Source: an uncultured Sphingopyxis sp. (GTDB lineage: Bacteria; Pseudomonadota; Alphaproteobacteria; Sphingomonadales; Sphingomonadaceae). Taken from it: 64,000 nucleotides of DNA. Of this stretch, positions 38,304 through 49,036 are shown piece by piece (positions within the stretch are counted from its first letter, which is position 1; every line of letters starts with the position of its first letter). The stretch lies in assembly GCA_937873425.1 (NCBI GenBank), contig CALMYE010000303.1, positions 50,928 through 114,927 on the forward strand, given 5' to 3'. Made by a program: the position numbers and the translations under genes. The notes under the pieces were generated by a model, which saw only the letters and a program-made list of their open reading frames with translations, made no database searches and had not been told where the DNA came from.

Positions 38304-39552
38304 TGGCCTGCTGCCGGTTTGGTGGACACCGAGATAGGGTGTTTCCACCTATCGGAGGTCCACAATGCAAAGAAGGAAGTTCAGCCGCGAGTTCAAGCTT
38401 GAGGCGGTGAGGATGGTCCGCGAACGCGGGGTGACGATCGCGCAGGCGTCGCGCGATCTGGATGTGCATGCGAACGTGCTGCGTAAATGGGTCCGGGAGC
38501 TTGCCGCCGATCCGGGTCATGCCTTTCCCGGTCACGGTCAGATGAAGCCGGAGCAGATGGAGATCGATCGCCTGCGGCGCGAGCTGGCCAAGTTGAAGGC
38601 GGAGCGCGACATCCTAAAAAAAGCCGCCGCCTACTTCGCGAGGGACTCGATATGAAGTTCCAGTTCATCGCGAAGCACCGAGGGATCTGGCCGGTGGCAT
38701 GGATGTGCGGGGCGCTCGGTGTCTCGCGAAGCGGCTTCCATGCCTGGCTGATCCGCCCGCCGTCGCAGCGTGCCCGCGACGACGAGGTGATCGGTGCGAA
38801 GGTCCGTGCCAGCCATGTAGGAAGTTATCGCACTTATGGCGCGCGCCGTGTCTGGCACGACCTGCTGGCCGATGGGGTGTCCTGCGGCCTGCACCGGATC
38901 GAACGGCTCATGCGGGCGCAGGGTCTGCGAGCGAGGCCGCGGCGACGCGGGCTTCCCAAGGATCACGGCGATCGTTCGGTCATCGCCGGCAACGTGCTCG
39001 ATCGCCAGTTCACGGCAGACAGGCCGAACCAGAAGTGGGTGGCCGACTTCACCTACATCTGGACGGCCGAGGGATGGCTCTATGTTGCTGCGGTGATCGA
39101 CCTGTTCTCGCGCCGGGTGGTCGGATGGTCGATGACTCCCAACATGACAGCCCAGCTCGTCACCGATGCGCTGATCATGGCGATCTGGCGGCGCGGCAAG
39201 CCCGATGCTCTCCTGCATCACTCGGATCAGGGCAGCCAGTATACCAGCGAGCAGTTCCAGCGGCTCATGGCCGACAATGGGGTCACCTGCTCAATGAGCC
39301 GGTCCGGCAATGTATGGGATAATGCCGCCATGGAGAGCTTCTTCTCCTCGCTCAAGACCGAGCGGATCGGGAAGAAGATCTACCGCACGAGGGCGCAGGC
39401 GAAGGCCGACGTGTTCGATTATATCGAATGCTTCTACAACCCGACCCGGCGTCACTCGACCTTGGGTTACCTCAGTCCTATCGACTTCGAACGTGAAGCT
39501 GGGGTAGCCTGAATGAACTTATCTCGGTGTCCACCAAACCGGCAGCAGGCCA
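38304..39552 (+). mobile_element. Intact IS3-family element (1249 bp)
   Basis: Perfect 33-bp IRs TGGCCTGCTGCCGGTTTGGTGGACACCGAGATA; CCG duplication; orfA 38365-38655, orfB to 39512; A7G slip site 38616-38623. Confidence 0.95.
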
Positions 39553-39554
39553 CC

Positions 39555-42143
39555 GTAAGCGCTAATTTACCCCCACATTTTCGAATGTTCTGAGATCGTT
39601 ATGTTGCGCGCCTTCTGTATCGGGAGCGTAACTAGCGATGGGCGATGTAACGACGTTCGAAAGTAGCTTCGAAAGCAACGGGAACGGTCGTGCTCGCCCG
39701 ATGGAGGTGATCCCGGCGGGTCGCGAGCGTCGGCAGTGGACGCCGGAAGCGAAGGCCCGGATCATCGCCGAGAGTATGGCGCCGCGGGCGAACGTCGCGG
39801 ATATCGCGCGCCGGAACGATATCCTGCCGCAGCAGCTCTACGCCTGGCGCCGGGAAGCGCGCGAACGGATGGAATCGGACGACGCGCCGGCCTTCGTTCC
39901 GGCAATGGTCGAGGAGCCGAAGGCGCAGGGCAGCGGCGCCGAGATCCGCATCAACATCAAGGGCATGACGATCCGCATTCCCGACGGCGTGACTGCCGAC
40001 CATATCGAGCGGGTGCTGCTCGCGGTGCAGGTGTCGACATGATCATCCCGCCGGGACCACTCAAAGTGCTGGTGGCGGTGAAGCCGGTCGACTTCCGCAA
40101 GGGAATGGTGGGCCTGGCGTCGCTCGTGCAGCACGAGCTGAACCGCGACCCCTTCTCCGGAATCATGTTCGTGTTCCGCCGCAAGCGCGCCGATCGGATC
40201 AAGCTGCTGCTATGGGACGGGACCGGCCTGGTGCTGGTGACGAAGCGGCTCGAGACGGGCACGTTCCGCTGGCCGCGCTTCGGCGACGGGGTGATGAGCC
40301 TTACCGCGGCGCAGGCTTCGGCGCTGATCGAAGGGCTCGACTGGGCGCGTGTTCATGCCCCGCGTGTGGCGCGTCCGGTGATGGCGTTATAGGCCGTGAA
40401 AATGACTCGTCTTGCCGCACAAAACGGGCAGAAAACCGCGAAATAATGTATCCATCCGCACCATGAGCGAGGGGGTGGAAGAGCTGCCCGACGACGTCGA
40501 GGCACTAAAGGCGATGATCATCGCCGAACGGCTCCGCTCCGCCCGGCTCCAGCACCTTCTTGATGTCCTCAATCGCATGCACTTCGGCAAGCGGTCGGAG
40601 AAGATCGACAGCGGCCAGCTCGCGCTGGCGCTCGAAGATCGCGACGTATCGATGGCCGAAGCCGAACTGCTGGTCGAACAGGGCGAGGAAGCCACCGGCA
40701 TCGCGCCGCCGCGGCGCAAGCGTGCGGCGGACGAACCCGCGCCTCGCTGCCGGCGCATCTTCCGCGTCACGAGATCGAGATCGCGCCGGAGGCCGGCTGC
40801 TGCGCGGGCTGCGGCGGTGCGCTGCACCGGATCGGCGAGGATCGGTCCGAACGACTCGACATCATCCCCGCCCAATATCGCGTCATCGTGACGGTGCGGC
40901 CGAGGATGGTGTGCCGATCGTGCGGCGATAGCGTCGCGCAGGCGAAGGCTCCCGCGCATGTGGTGCCGGGCGGCCTGCCGAGGGAAGCGCTGCTCGCCGA
41001 TATCCTCGTCAAGAAATACGCTGATCACCTTCCGCTCTACCGGCAGGCGCAGATGTTGGCGCGCCAGGGCGTGACGATCGATCGCGCGACGCTCGCGGGC
41101 TGGGTCGGCCGCGCGGCGGGCTATCTGAAGCCGATCGTCGACCGGCAGAAGGCGGAGCTTCTGAAGAGCGATCGCCTGTTCGTCGACGAGACCACCGCGA
41201 TGGTGCTGGCGCCGAGCAGCGGCAAGACGAAGACGGGCTACCTGTGGGCGATGGTCCGCGACGACCGCCCGCATGGCGGGGTCGATCCACCCGCGATCGT
41301 TTACAGCTACATGCCGGGCCGGGGCGGCATGTGGGCGGCGAAGCTCCTCGGCGAGTATCACGGCATCCTGCAGGTCGATGGCTATGAAGCCTATGGCCAG
41401 TTCGGCAAGGCGGGACGTCCCGGCGGACCCTCGGTGCTGGCCTATTGCTGGGCGCATGTTCGCCGCGGCTTCTTCGACGCCGGCGGCAAGGGCGATGGCG
41501 CGCCGATCGCCACCGAAGCGCTGCACCGGATCGGGCTGCTCTACAACATCGAGCGCGAGATCCACGGTCGCACGCCCGAGGAGCGCCTTGCCGTCCGCTA
41601 GGCGCGGTCCAGCCCGATCGTCGACGAGCTGCATGACTGGCTCGACGCCAAGCGCCGGCGCATGTTCAGCGGCTCGCCGACCCTCAAGGCGATCAACTAT
41701 GCACTGAGCCACTGGGCCGGGCTCGTCCGGTTCCTCGACGATGGCCGGATCGACATCGACAACAACCCGGTGGAGCGGTCGATGCGGCCGATCGCACTCC
41801 AACGGAAAAATGCGTTGTTCGCGGGCCACGAACTGGGCGCCGAGAACTGGGCGGCGATCGCGTCGCTGATCGAGACCTGCAAGCTGGGTGCGATCAACCC
41901 CGCCGCCTACCTGGCCGACGTCCTTGCCCGCATCGTCACCCGCGGCGACGGCGAGCCCATCGATGACCTGCTACCTGGGAACTGGGTCGATACAAAGGCC
42001 GCCGAAATGACGTTCGAAACGAGTGCCACCGCCAACGCCGCCTGAGCAAAGCACGATCGAAATTAGATACAACGAAATTAGGCGCCAGCTTCTAATCGAA
42101 GCCCGCGCCCGTCCGCCCCGCGTGGGGGAAAATTATCACTTAC
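39555..42143 (+). mobile_element. IS66-family element (2589 bp), tnpC inactivated
   Basis: IRs GTAAGCGCTAATTTACCCCCAC / GTAAGTGATAATTTTCCCCCAC; 8-bp duplication CAGGATCC (38295-38302, 42144-42151); tnpA 39638-40042, tnpB 40039-40392. Confidence 0.95.
40463..42045 (+). pseudogene. tnpC: IS66 transposase TnpC pseudogene
   Basis: Frameshift near 40735 and in-frame TAG at 41599-41601. Confidence 0.88.
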
Positions 42144-42532
42144 CAGGATCCACACCATCCTGACAGATAACGGCGTACAGTTCGTGCAGCGGGACCAAGG
42201 CGGCCCACTGGGATGGATCGGCCATATCTTCGGCCGTGTCTGCGAGCAGAACGGCATCGAGCATCGCCTCACCAAGCCCTATCACCCATGGACCAACGGC
42301 CAGGCCGAACGGATGGTGCGCACCATCAAGGAGGCCACCGTCAAATCCTTCCATTACACGTCGATCAATGAACTGCGCCGCCATGTCCGCGACTGGCTCG
42401 TCGCTTACAACTTCGCCAAGCAGTTGAAGGCTCTGCGCTTCAAGACAACCTACGAGGCCATCGAAGAGCTCCGGAAATCCAAGCCAGATATCTTCAATAT
42501 GAAACCACTCCATCACATGCTGGGACTAAACA
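42144..42532 (+). mobile_element. IS481-family fragment, right part with intact right IR
   Basis: IHTILTDNG...HMLGLNT; ends CCATCACATGCTGGGACTAAACA. Confidence 0.9.
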
Positions 42533-42686
42533 CCTAACAGTCCACGCGGACCACTCGGTGGGGGCCGGTCAGATTCGAGGGGCAGGAGCCAATGTGCCTC
42601 CCATATCGCTCGCGCGAGACGCAAGTTTCCGCAGTGCGCACGCCGGACGTATCTCACACCCATTCCTCGCCCAAGACTGCAATTGG

Positions 42687-42745
42687 CGCATGAAATCGGC
42701 GTCGGAGGGCCTGCTACTGGCCCTCCGACGCCGCGATTTTCATGC
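42687..42745. terminator. Long hairpin downstream of the TonB receptor
   Basis: CGCATGAAATCGGCGTCGGAGGGCC-N7-GGCCCTCCGACGCCGCGATTTCATGCG (2-nt bulge). Confidence 0.55.
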
Positions 42746-42783
42746 GGTATAATTTTTCCCGATCGATTGGGACAGCTAAAGCA

Positions 42784-45720
42784 TTAGAATTTTGCGCCGA
42801 TCGCGACACCATAACGCCGCGGATCAAGCGTGTAGATATTTGTAAAATTACCGGAAGATGCATCGGTGACATAAAGTCCGGTAACTGAGTTGCTATCGAA
42901 GATATTCTGAACGAACCCCCGGACAAACCAGCGCTCGTCGGCACCATTCAACTGCAAAACTGCATTAGCCTGTACGAAAGGTTGGATGCGATTAATTCTG
43001 CCGTTGAAGATATTGCCATATTGCTTTCCGGTCATGGAAATGTCGACGCGGGGGACGAGTGTCATACCATTCCCGACCTCTGCCGTGTACTGCACGCCCA
43101 TCGAGACCTTGACATTCGGCGCTTGCGGCAATGTGTTGCCCTTGATGTTAACCTCGACGCCAGGACTCAATACCTGGATCCCGCTGTTCGCAGGGATAGC
43201 GCTCGCGAGGACACCGCAAATGCCGAACGCGCCGCTGGAGGCGATATTGCCGTCCGAAGGAAATTCCTGCGGTGCGCGAAGGCCGAGAGCCGCATTTACG
43301 CCCGCAACGAACGCATCAGCAACGCCAGGCGCAGGTCCCGTGACAGCGCAGTGCGCACCATTGCTGATGTCCTTGATAATCACGGCATCAGGATCCCCGC
43401 CGCCCGGATCACGCGGATTGGAGAAGAATTGATCGCCGGCGACCTTGGCATTGAGATAGCTGAAGGACAGATTGATAAGCCAGTTCGGGTCCGGCCTGAT
43501 GACAGACTCCAGTTCGACACCCCAGATATTGGCGTCAACCGTGTCATTCACGGACGTTCTTGCCACGATGCGGCTGAGCTGCAGTCCACTATATTTGTAG
43601 TAAAATGCGGTGGCATTGAGTTGTAACGCGCCGTTTGCGAAGACGTTCTTGGAGCCGATCTCGAAGGCATCGATCGTTTCAGAGCCGAAACTCTCGCTGA
43701 CGGCGAAAATCGGAGAAAGCGGAGGATTGATCCCGCCGGATTTGTAACCCCTAGAATAAGATGCATAGAGTGAATTGTCCGGCGTAACCTCGAAGGCCAG
43801 AACTGCTCGTCCGGTAATTTCGTCGAAGCTTACTTCGCGAAACTGGGCGAGCTGTTGGCCCGGCGTCCCCGGGTCGGCATCGAAAAGCCCAGACGGCCCG
43901 GTGAGGGGCGTTATCGGGGTATCGAACGGATCTCCATCATTGGCATAAGGGTTCAGGAAACTGATCAGCGTCGTACGCGCCGTCACATCCTTCTTGTCAT
44001 TATTGTAACGCAGCCCCCCGGTCAACGTCAGCCGGTCGCTTAGATCGAAATAGACCTCGCCGAAAATGCCATAGCTCTCTAGATTCGATTCCAGCGAGTT
44101 GTTCCGATACATCGACGTCGCGAAATAGGATGGCGGAAGGCCGCCCGACAAGGAGCCGAATGAACCCAATACGGCACTGGCGTAATCGAGCGCAAACGAG
44201 TTCACATAATAGCTATTGTCGGTGGTTTTCGATTTCGCGTAAATTCCGCCCAACAGGAAATTGAACGGCCCGTCGAAGTCACTCGTGAGGATGAGCTCTC
44301 CGCTCCACGATTCGCGTTGTTCCGAAGATCGATCGAAAGAAAGCGGCGTTTCGGAACACAGCGAGTTCCCTTCGAAAGCGCCTCTGCTTCCATCATCATT
44401 ATCCGACGTGCACAGCACGCCCTGCGGACCGTCCGGGATTAGAGCGCCGGCAATCGGCGAAAAATAGGCCGAAGAGCCGGGAATGAAGGCTGGCGCCGGC
44501 GGAGCAAGACCTGTCGGTAATCCGTTAGCCGCAAAAAAGTCCAACGTATTGAGCGCCGGGGCGAAACCGGCACGGCTTTGAATTCCAAGAAAATAGTCCT
44601 GCCTGGAATCGACTTCAGTATCCTGATAAATGCCGGTGGCCGTCAGGGTCATCGCGCCGAATTTTTGCTCAAGGCGCGCCTGCACCTGTAGCTCTTCGGC
44701 AAAATAGAAAGGGGTATAGGCCGTGTTGACGACACGCACATCGCCAGGCTCCTGAAACCCGGAAAACCCATCAGGGCCATAAAGGCTGCCGAGGCCGAGC
44801 ACGGCGGGAATGCCCTGAATGGCGAAGAACTCGGATGAACTGAGCGTCGCACCGACCGTTGAATTTGCGTTCGTGGTATCGAAATCACGTCGATTGTTCA
44901 GGCATCCGAGCACGCCCAATGGATCGCGTTGGCACGTTTGTTTCTGGTTTCTGAGGCGCGTGTCCTTTTCCCGGAAATAATAGCCCATGAGATCGATCGT
45001 CGTATCAGGACCGGGTTCGAAACGAAGGGAGCCTCGCAACGCATAGAGGTCCCGAGCGTCGATGTCCGATCCATCATAGAGATTCGTCGTATAACCGTCG
45101 CGGTTCACATATATGCCCGCCAGCCTCACGCCGATCATATCCCCGATCGGGACGTTGACCATGCCACGCGCTTCGATGCTGTTGAAATTGCCATACTCGA
45201 ATTGCGCTTCAGCCTCGAAACGGGAGAGTTTGGGTTTCGCGGTCACAACATTCACGACCCCGGAGGTCGCATTCCGGCCGAACAGGGTGCCTTGAGGTCC
45301 GCGAAGGACTTCAATCCTTTCCAGATCGAAATATTCGGTCTCGAACAGGCGTGTTCCGAACAAGGGGGATCCATTGACATGGATTGCGGTCGCAGCATCG
45401 CAGGTGACGCCGACGCACAGGTCGCCAACGCCGCGAATAGTGAATGAAGCTGAGGTGAAATTGCCTTTCGAGAAAGATACATTGGGCAGCGTCAGCTGTA
45501 GATCCGAGGCATTTTCGATCTGCTGGCTTTCAAGCGCCTCAGCGCTGAATGCGCTGACAGCGATCGGTACGTCTTGCAAGCTTTGCGCCTGACGTTGCGC
45601 TGTCACGACGATGACATTGTCACCGCCATCTGGCTCTTCGGCTATGACTTCCTGAGCATTTGAGACCTGTGGCAACGCCATCACGACGGCGCTTGCCAAC
45701 CAATAGGCTTTCTTATTCAT
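42784..45720 (-). CDS. TonB-dependent receptor
   Basis: Signal peptide, TonB box IVVTAQRQAQSLQDVP, plug EVLRGPQGTLFGRNA, terminal Phe. Confidence 0.93.
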   Translation of the reverse strand: MNKKAYWLASAVVMALPQVSNAQEVIAEEPDGGDNVIVVTAQRQAQSLQDVPIAVSAFSAEALESQQIENASDLQLTLPNVSFSKGNFTSASFTIRGVGDLCVGVTCDAATAIHVNGSPLFGTRLFETEYFDLERIEVLRGPQGTLFGRNATSGVVNVVTAKPKLSRFEAEAQFEYGNFNSIEARGMVNVPIGDMIGVRLAGIYVNRDGYTTNLYDGSDIDARDLYALRGSLRFEPGPDTTIDLMGYYFREKDTRLRNQKQTCQRDPLGVLGCLNNRRDFDTTNANSTVGATLSSSEFFAIQGIPAVLGLGSLYGPDGFSGFQEPGDVRVVNTAYTPFYFAEELQVQARLEQKFGAMTLTATGIYQDTEVDSRQDYFLGIQSRAGFAPALNTLDFFAANGLPTGLAPPAPAFIPGSSAYFSPIAGALIPDGPQGVLCTSDNDDGSRGAFEGNSLCSETPLSFDRSSEQRESWSGELILTSDFDGPFNFLLGGIYAKSKTTDNSYYVNSFALDYASAVLGSFGSLSGGLPPSYFATSMYRNNSLESNLESYGIFGEVYFDLSDRLTLTGGLRYNNDKKDVTARTTLISFLNPYANDGDPFDTPITPLTGPSGLFDADPGTPGQQLAQFREVSFDEITGRAVLAFEVTPDNSLYASYSRGYKSGGINPPLSPIFAVSESFGSETIDAFEIGSKNVFANGALQLNATAFYYKYSGLQLSRIVARTSVNDTVDANIWGVELESVIRPDPNWLINLSFSYLNAKVAGDQFFSNPRDPGGGDPDAVIIKDISNGAHCAVTGPAPGVADAFVAGVNAALGLRAPQEFPSDGNIASSGAFGICGVLASAIPANSGIQVLSPGVEVNIKGNTLPQAPNVKVSMGVQYTAEVGNGMTLVPRVDISMTGKQYGNIFNGRINRIQPFVQANAVLQLNGADERWFVRGFVQNIFDSNSVTGLYVTDASSGNFTNIYTLDPRRYGVAIGAKF

Positions 45721-46407
45721 CACCCTATCTCTCCCTGTCTCGATTTTTTCGTTTCTTGCGCGAACCCGTCCTTGTCCCCGATTGTCGATGTTCAAAAATG
45801 GGGCAGCTCGCCGAGCTGCCCCGAGTTTGAGGAGTGGCCAGAAGGAGATTTCCGGAGAGGAAAAGATTCTCGCCGCTCGGCTGGAAGATGAGCAGTTTTT
45901 CGGCATTTGGTAAAGAACTTTATTATGGCACTTTATTATTTTGCTCGGGGCGGTGGGAGGTGTGCCATCTCAGATCCGAAGATATCAGTTTATACATCCG
46001 ATGCTTGCTGTCAGCGCTTCAGCCTTGGCGCGGTCGAGCGCGCGCCGACGACTTTTGGATGCGGCTGCGGTACGGCATGCCCGATCCGGAGCGCATGACC
46101 CGCGTGGTCGAAAGTTGGATAGCAGTGCAAAAGGCCGGGCTCTGATCCCGGCTGGTGGAAACCAGGGGGTCAGGTCAGTTCACCTATTCCTTCCCGTTCA
46201 TTTTAGAGTCATCAAGATCGTATTAACCACGTCACGGTCCCTGCCGGGCAGGGCTTTCACGTGGGGGCATCCATGACCAGAACCAAACCATCCCTTAAGT
46301 CAGCTATCCTGTTGGCCAAATAGGATCAAGGCGACCGGCGCACCAATTTACCTCGTGACTGAGCCATGTGCGCGCGAAAACCGTCACCACTTCGATGGGG
46401 ATTCGAC

Positions 46408-47730
46408 ATGACATTGCCATTTCACATGCCGTCCACAATCCGCCTTTCGGGTGTAGGTCTTGCCGCTTGTGCGATTGCCACGATTGCTGCCGCAAGTGCG
46501 CAGGCGCTACCACTATCCAGCTTCAAGGATCAGGGCGTCGACCATATCTTTGGCAGCTACGCCCCGCGCGGCGACTGCTCAAAGGAACCGCGCGTAACCA
46601 TCGATGAAAAGGGCATGACGTTCCGCGCCAATGGTCGGGAAATAAAGCCCCCTCGGGTGGAATATGCTCTCACCTTCATGGGCCAGAGCTATGACGGCAT
46701 CATGGCAGTATTTTTTCCCTTTCCAGTTAGCAGCAATGATTTTGGTCGGGTTCTCATGTATGTGAACGACGACGAGAAGCGCGGTGTCATCCGCTTTGAA
46801 TCCGATCTGCCGCGCGGCCAACGCCCGGCTTCTTTCCATGCGGCCTTCACGGGTGGCGGCCCGTTCACGCTCTGCCAGGGCAGCGCTCTTGCTGGCACGC
46901 CACTGCCGCCACGGCCTGAGCCGGCGGTGGCCGTGCAAGGCATTCCAGCGGAATGGACCAATCTCGCCAGCCTCGTCGGCAAATATCCGGGAAGCTACGC
47001 CAAGGACAATATCGACCTGTTCGATAAGGGTACCTTGGCTGCGGCATTGAAGGCCCGGATGGGGCCGAAGATGGCTGCGCTGCGGACCAATCTCTCAGCC
47101 GTCTCGCCATTGCAGCGGGCTGGGAACTATTACTATCTTTCCGGCAATGCGCAGCATCAGGGCGGTGTGGAGCAGGCCTATATAATAATAGACCCGGCGC
47201 GCCGTGCGGTGCAGGTGGGCCTTTGGGAGCGCGGCAAGCTAACAGTTTATCCGTCTGCTTCGGGCGTTAGGCTGCCGATTGCGCCGGAAATCAAGACGCT
47301 GTTGGACAAAAGCCCGCCCGAAACGGCAGTGCCGCTTCCCGGTACACCCTGGGAAGTTGTACCGGTGCAAGGTCGCGCGCCCATGGCTTATGTGAGCGCC
47401 GCGGCATCGCCCAACATCGAAGCCCTCAGTCTCTATTGTGAAGGCGGAAAGCCCTACATGGCGATGCTGCTCAACAAGCCCTCCGCCGACAATGCGATGA
47501 CGATGACGTGGAACTTCTCCGGTCGGCTCGTTAGCATATCCGTTCAGCGCGCCAATGCGAACGGCACTCAATGGATCGGCGGCGTGACGGGCACGCAACT
47601 TGTTCCCCTGCTCATGCAGCAAAGCGGGACGGTGATGCTACGTATCAACGGGCGGCTGGAAGGCGAAGCCTCGCTCAGCAATTCAATTGCAGTGCTGCGC
47701 GATACCCTGCGGGGATGCGTGCGGCTCTGA
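46408..47730 (+). CDS. Secreted three-domain hypothetical protein
   Basis: Signal peptide; three segments separated by Pro-rich linkers; Cys pairs in first and last domains. Confidence 0.75.
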   Translation: MTLPFHMPSTIRLSGVGLAACAIATIAAASAQALPLSSFKDQGVDHIFGSYAPRGDCSKEPRVTIDEKGMTFRANGREIKPPRVEYALTFMGQSYDGIMAVFFPFPVSSNDFGRVLMYVNDDEKRGVIRFESDLPRGQRPASFHAAFTGGGPFTLCQGSALAGTPLPPRPEPAVAVQGIPAEWTNLASLVGKYPGSYAKDNIDLFDKGTLAAALKARMGPKMAALRTNLSAVSPLQRAGNYYYLSGNAQHQGGVEQAYIIIDPARRAVQVGLWERGKLTVYPSASGVRLPIAPEIKTLLDKSPPETAVPLPGTPWEVVPVQGRAPMAYVSAAASPNIEALSLYCEGGKPYMAMLLNKPSADNAMTMTWNFSGRLVSISVQRANANGTQWIGGVTGTQLVPLLMQQSGTVMLRINGRLEGEASLSNSIAVLRDTLRGCVRL

Positions 47731-47912
47731 CCTGTGAGAACGGCGCCGCCTCCATTTCAGGTGCTCTGCCACCTGAATTCTGGACCAGTTGCGGTTAGAG
47801 TTTTCCGCCGTAGATATCATTGGCTGGGCGAGGAGTTAGAGCGGGATGACATTTGGCTGATTCAAAGGGGATTCTTTTTTGGGCGGTTTTCTGATTCATA
47901 TGTGGACGCCCC

Positions 47913-48029
47913 CTATGGCAAGGGCTTTGTGGTCGCGATGGCTTTGATCGGTTGCTTTCATATGTCCGGCCTGTTTGTGCGGCGTTTTGAGTGCCGCTGG
48001 CCTTGATGGAAATCCGCCGGTGAGGTCCC
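47913..48029 (-). ncRNA. 3' (donor-binding) half of putative IS1111 bridge/seekRNA
   Basis: Contains CATCA and ACATATGA matching the element's left and right ends; joins 49886-49999 when IS5/IS481 are removed. Confidence 0.6.
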
Positions 48030-48033
48030 TAGG

Positions 48034-49032
48034 TGTTTAGTCCCAGCATGTGATGGTGTAAATTTGACCTCATCACAGCGGAGGGAGTTATGGGCCAGGT
48101 TCTCCACGGCAGCGCCAAGACCACGCACATCGTTCGAGGCGAGCTACAGCGATCGCAAGCTTCGGTCGCGCACCTTGCGAAGCGATACGGGATCAACGAG
48201 AAGACCGTCTTGAAGTGGCGCAAGCGGCAGTCGGTCGAAGACCTGCCGATGGGGCCAAGGGAGCGCCGCAGCACCGTCCTCTCGCCCATGGAAGAAGCCG
48301 CCATTGTGGCGCTGCGCGTACAGGCGAGGCTTCCGTTGGACGATGTCTACATCGCGCTGAAGGATGTCATCCCGCATCTGACGCGGTCGTCGCTGCATCG
48401 CTGCCTACAGCGGCATGGGATCAGCCGGCTGCCCAAAGCGGATCGCGAGAAGCCCAAGAAATTCAAGGCCTACGAGATCGGCTATTTCCACATCGATATC
48501 GCCGAACTGCGTCACGAAGGCGGCAAGGCTTTCCTCTATGTCGCTGTGGATCGCACATCAAAGCTGGTCTTCGCCCGCATTTATCGCAGGGCGACCAAGA
48601 TGGTGGCAGCCGGCTTCCTCAAATCGCTGATCCGTACAGTACCCTATAAAATCCACACCGTGCTGACTGATAATGGCGTACAGTTCGCTCAGTTCGAGCG
48701 TGGCTCTGGCCTCATCTTCCCGCATATCTTCGGTCGTGTTGCCCATGAGAATGGCATCGAGCATCGGCTGACCAAGCCCTACCATCCCTGGACCAACGGC
48801 CAAGCCGAGCGCATGGTGCGGACCATCAAGGAAGCGACTGTCAAATCCTTCCATTATGCGTCCATCACCGAACTGCGGCGGCACGTTCGCGACTGGCTGA
48901 TAGCTTACAACTTCGCCAAGCAGCTCAAGGCTCTCAGGTTCAAAACCCCATATGAGGCCATTGAGGAACTCTGGAAATCAAAGCCAGACATCTTTATCGT
49001 CGAGCCACACCATCACATGCTGGGACTAAACA
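48034..49032 (+). mobile_element. Intact IS481-family element (999 bp)
   Basis: Perfect 26-bp TGT...ACA IRs; CCTAGG duplication; transposase 48090-49037. Confidence 0.95.
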
Positions 49033-49036
49033 CCTA

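Noticed and set aside
40387-41829. 480-aa minus-strand ORF in IS66
   Set aside because: Antisense shadow of tnpC.
45834-46276. Short plus-strand ORFs upstream of the TonB receptor
   Set aside because: No motifs or RBS; probably promoter region or debris.
47780-47836. Continuation of the IS407-like orfB left of IS630 (a GPEF-like patch)
   Set aside because: Spacing and frame do not fit the expected RSDNGPEF continuation; treated as coincidence.
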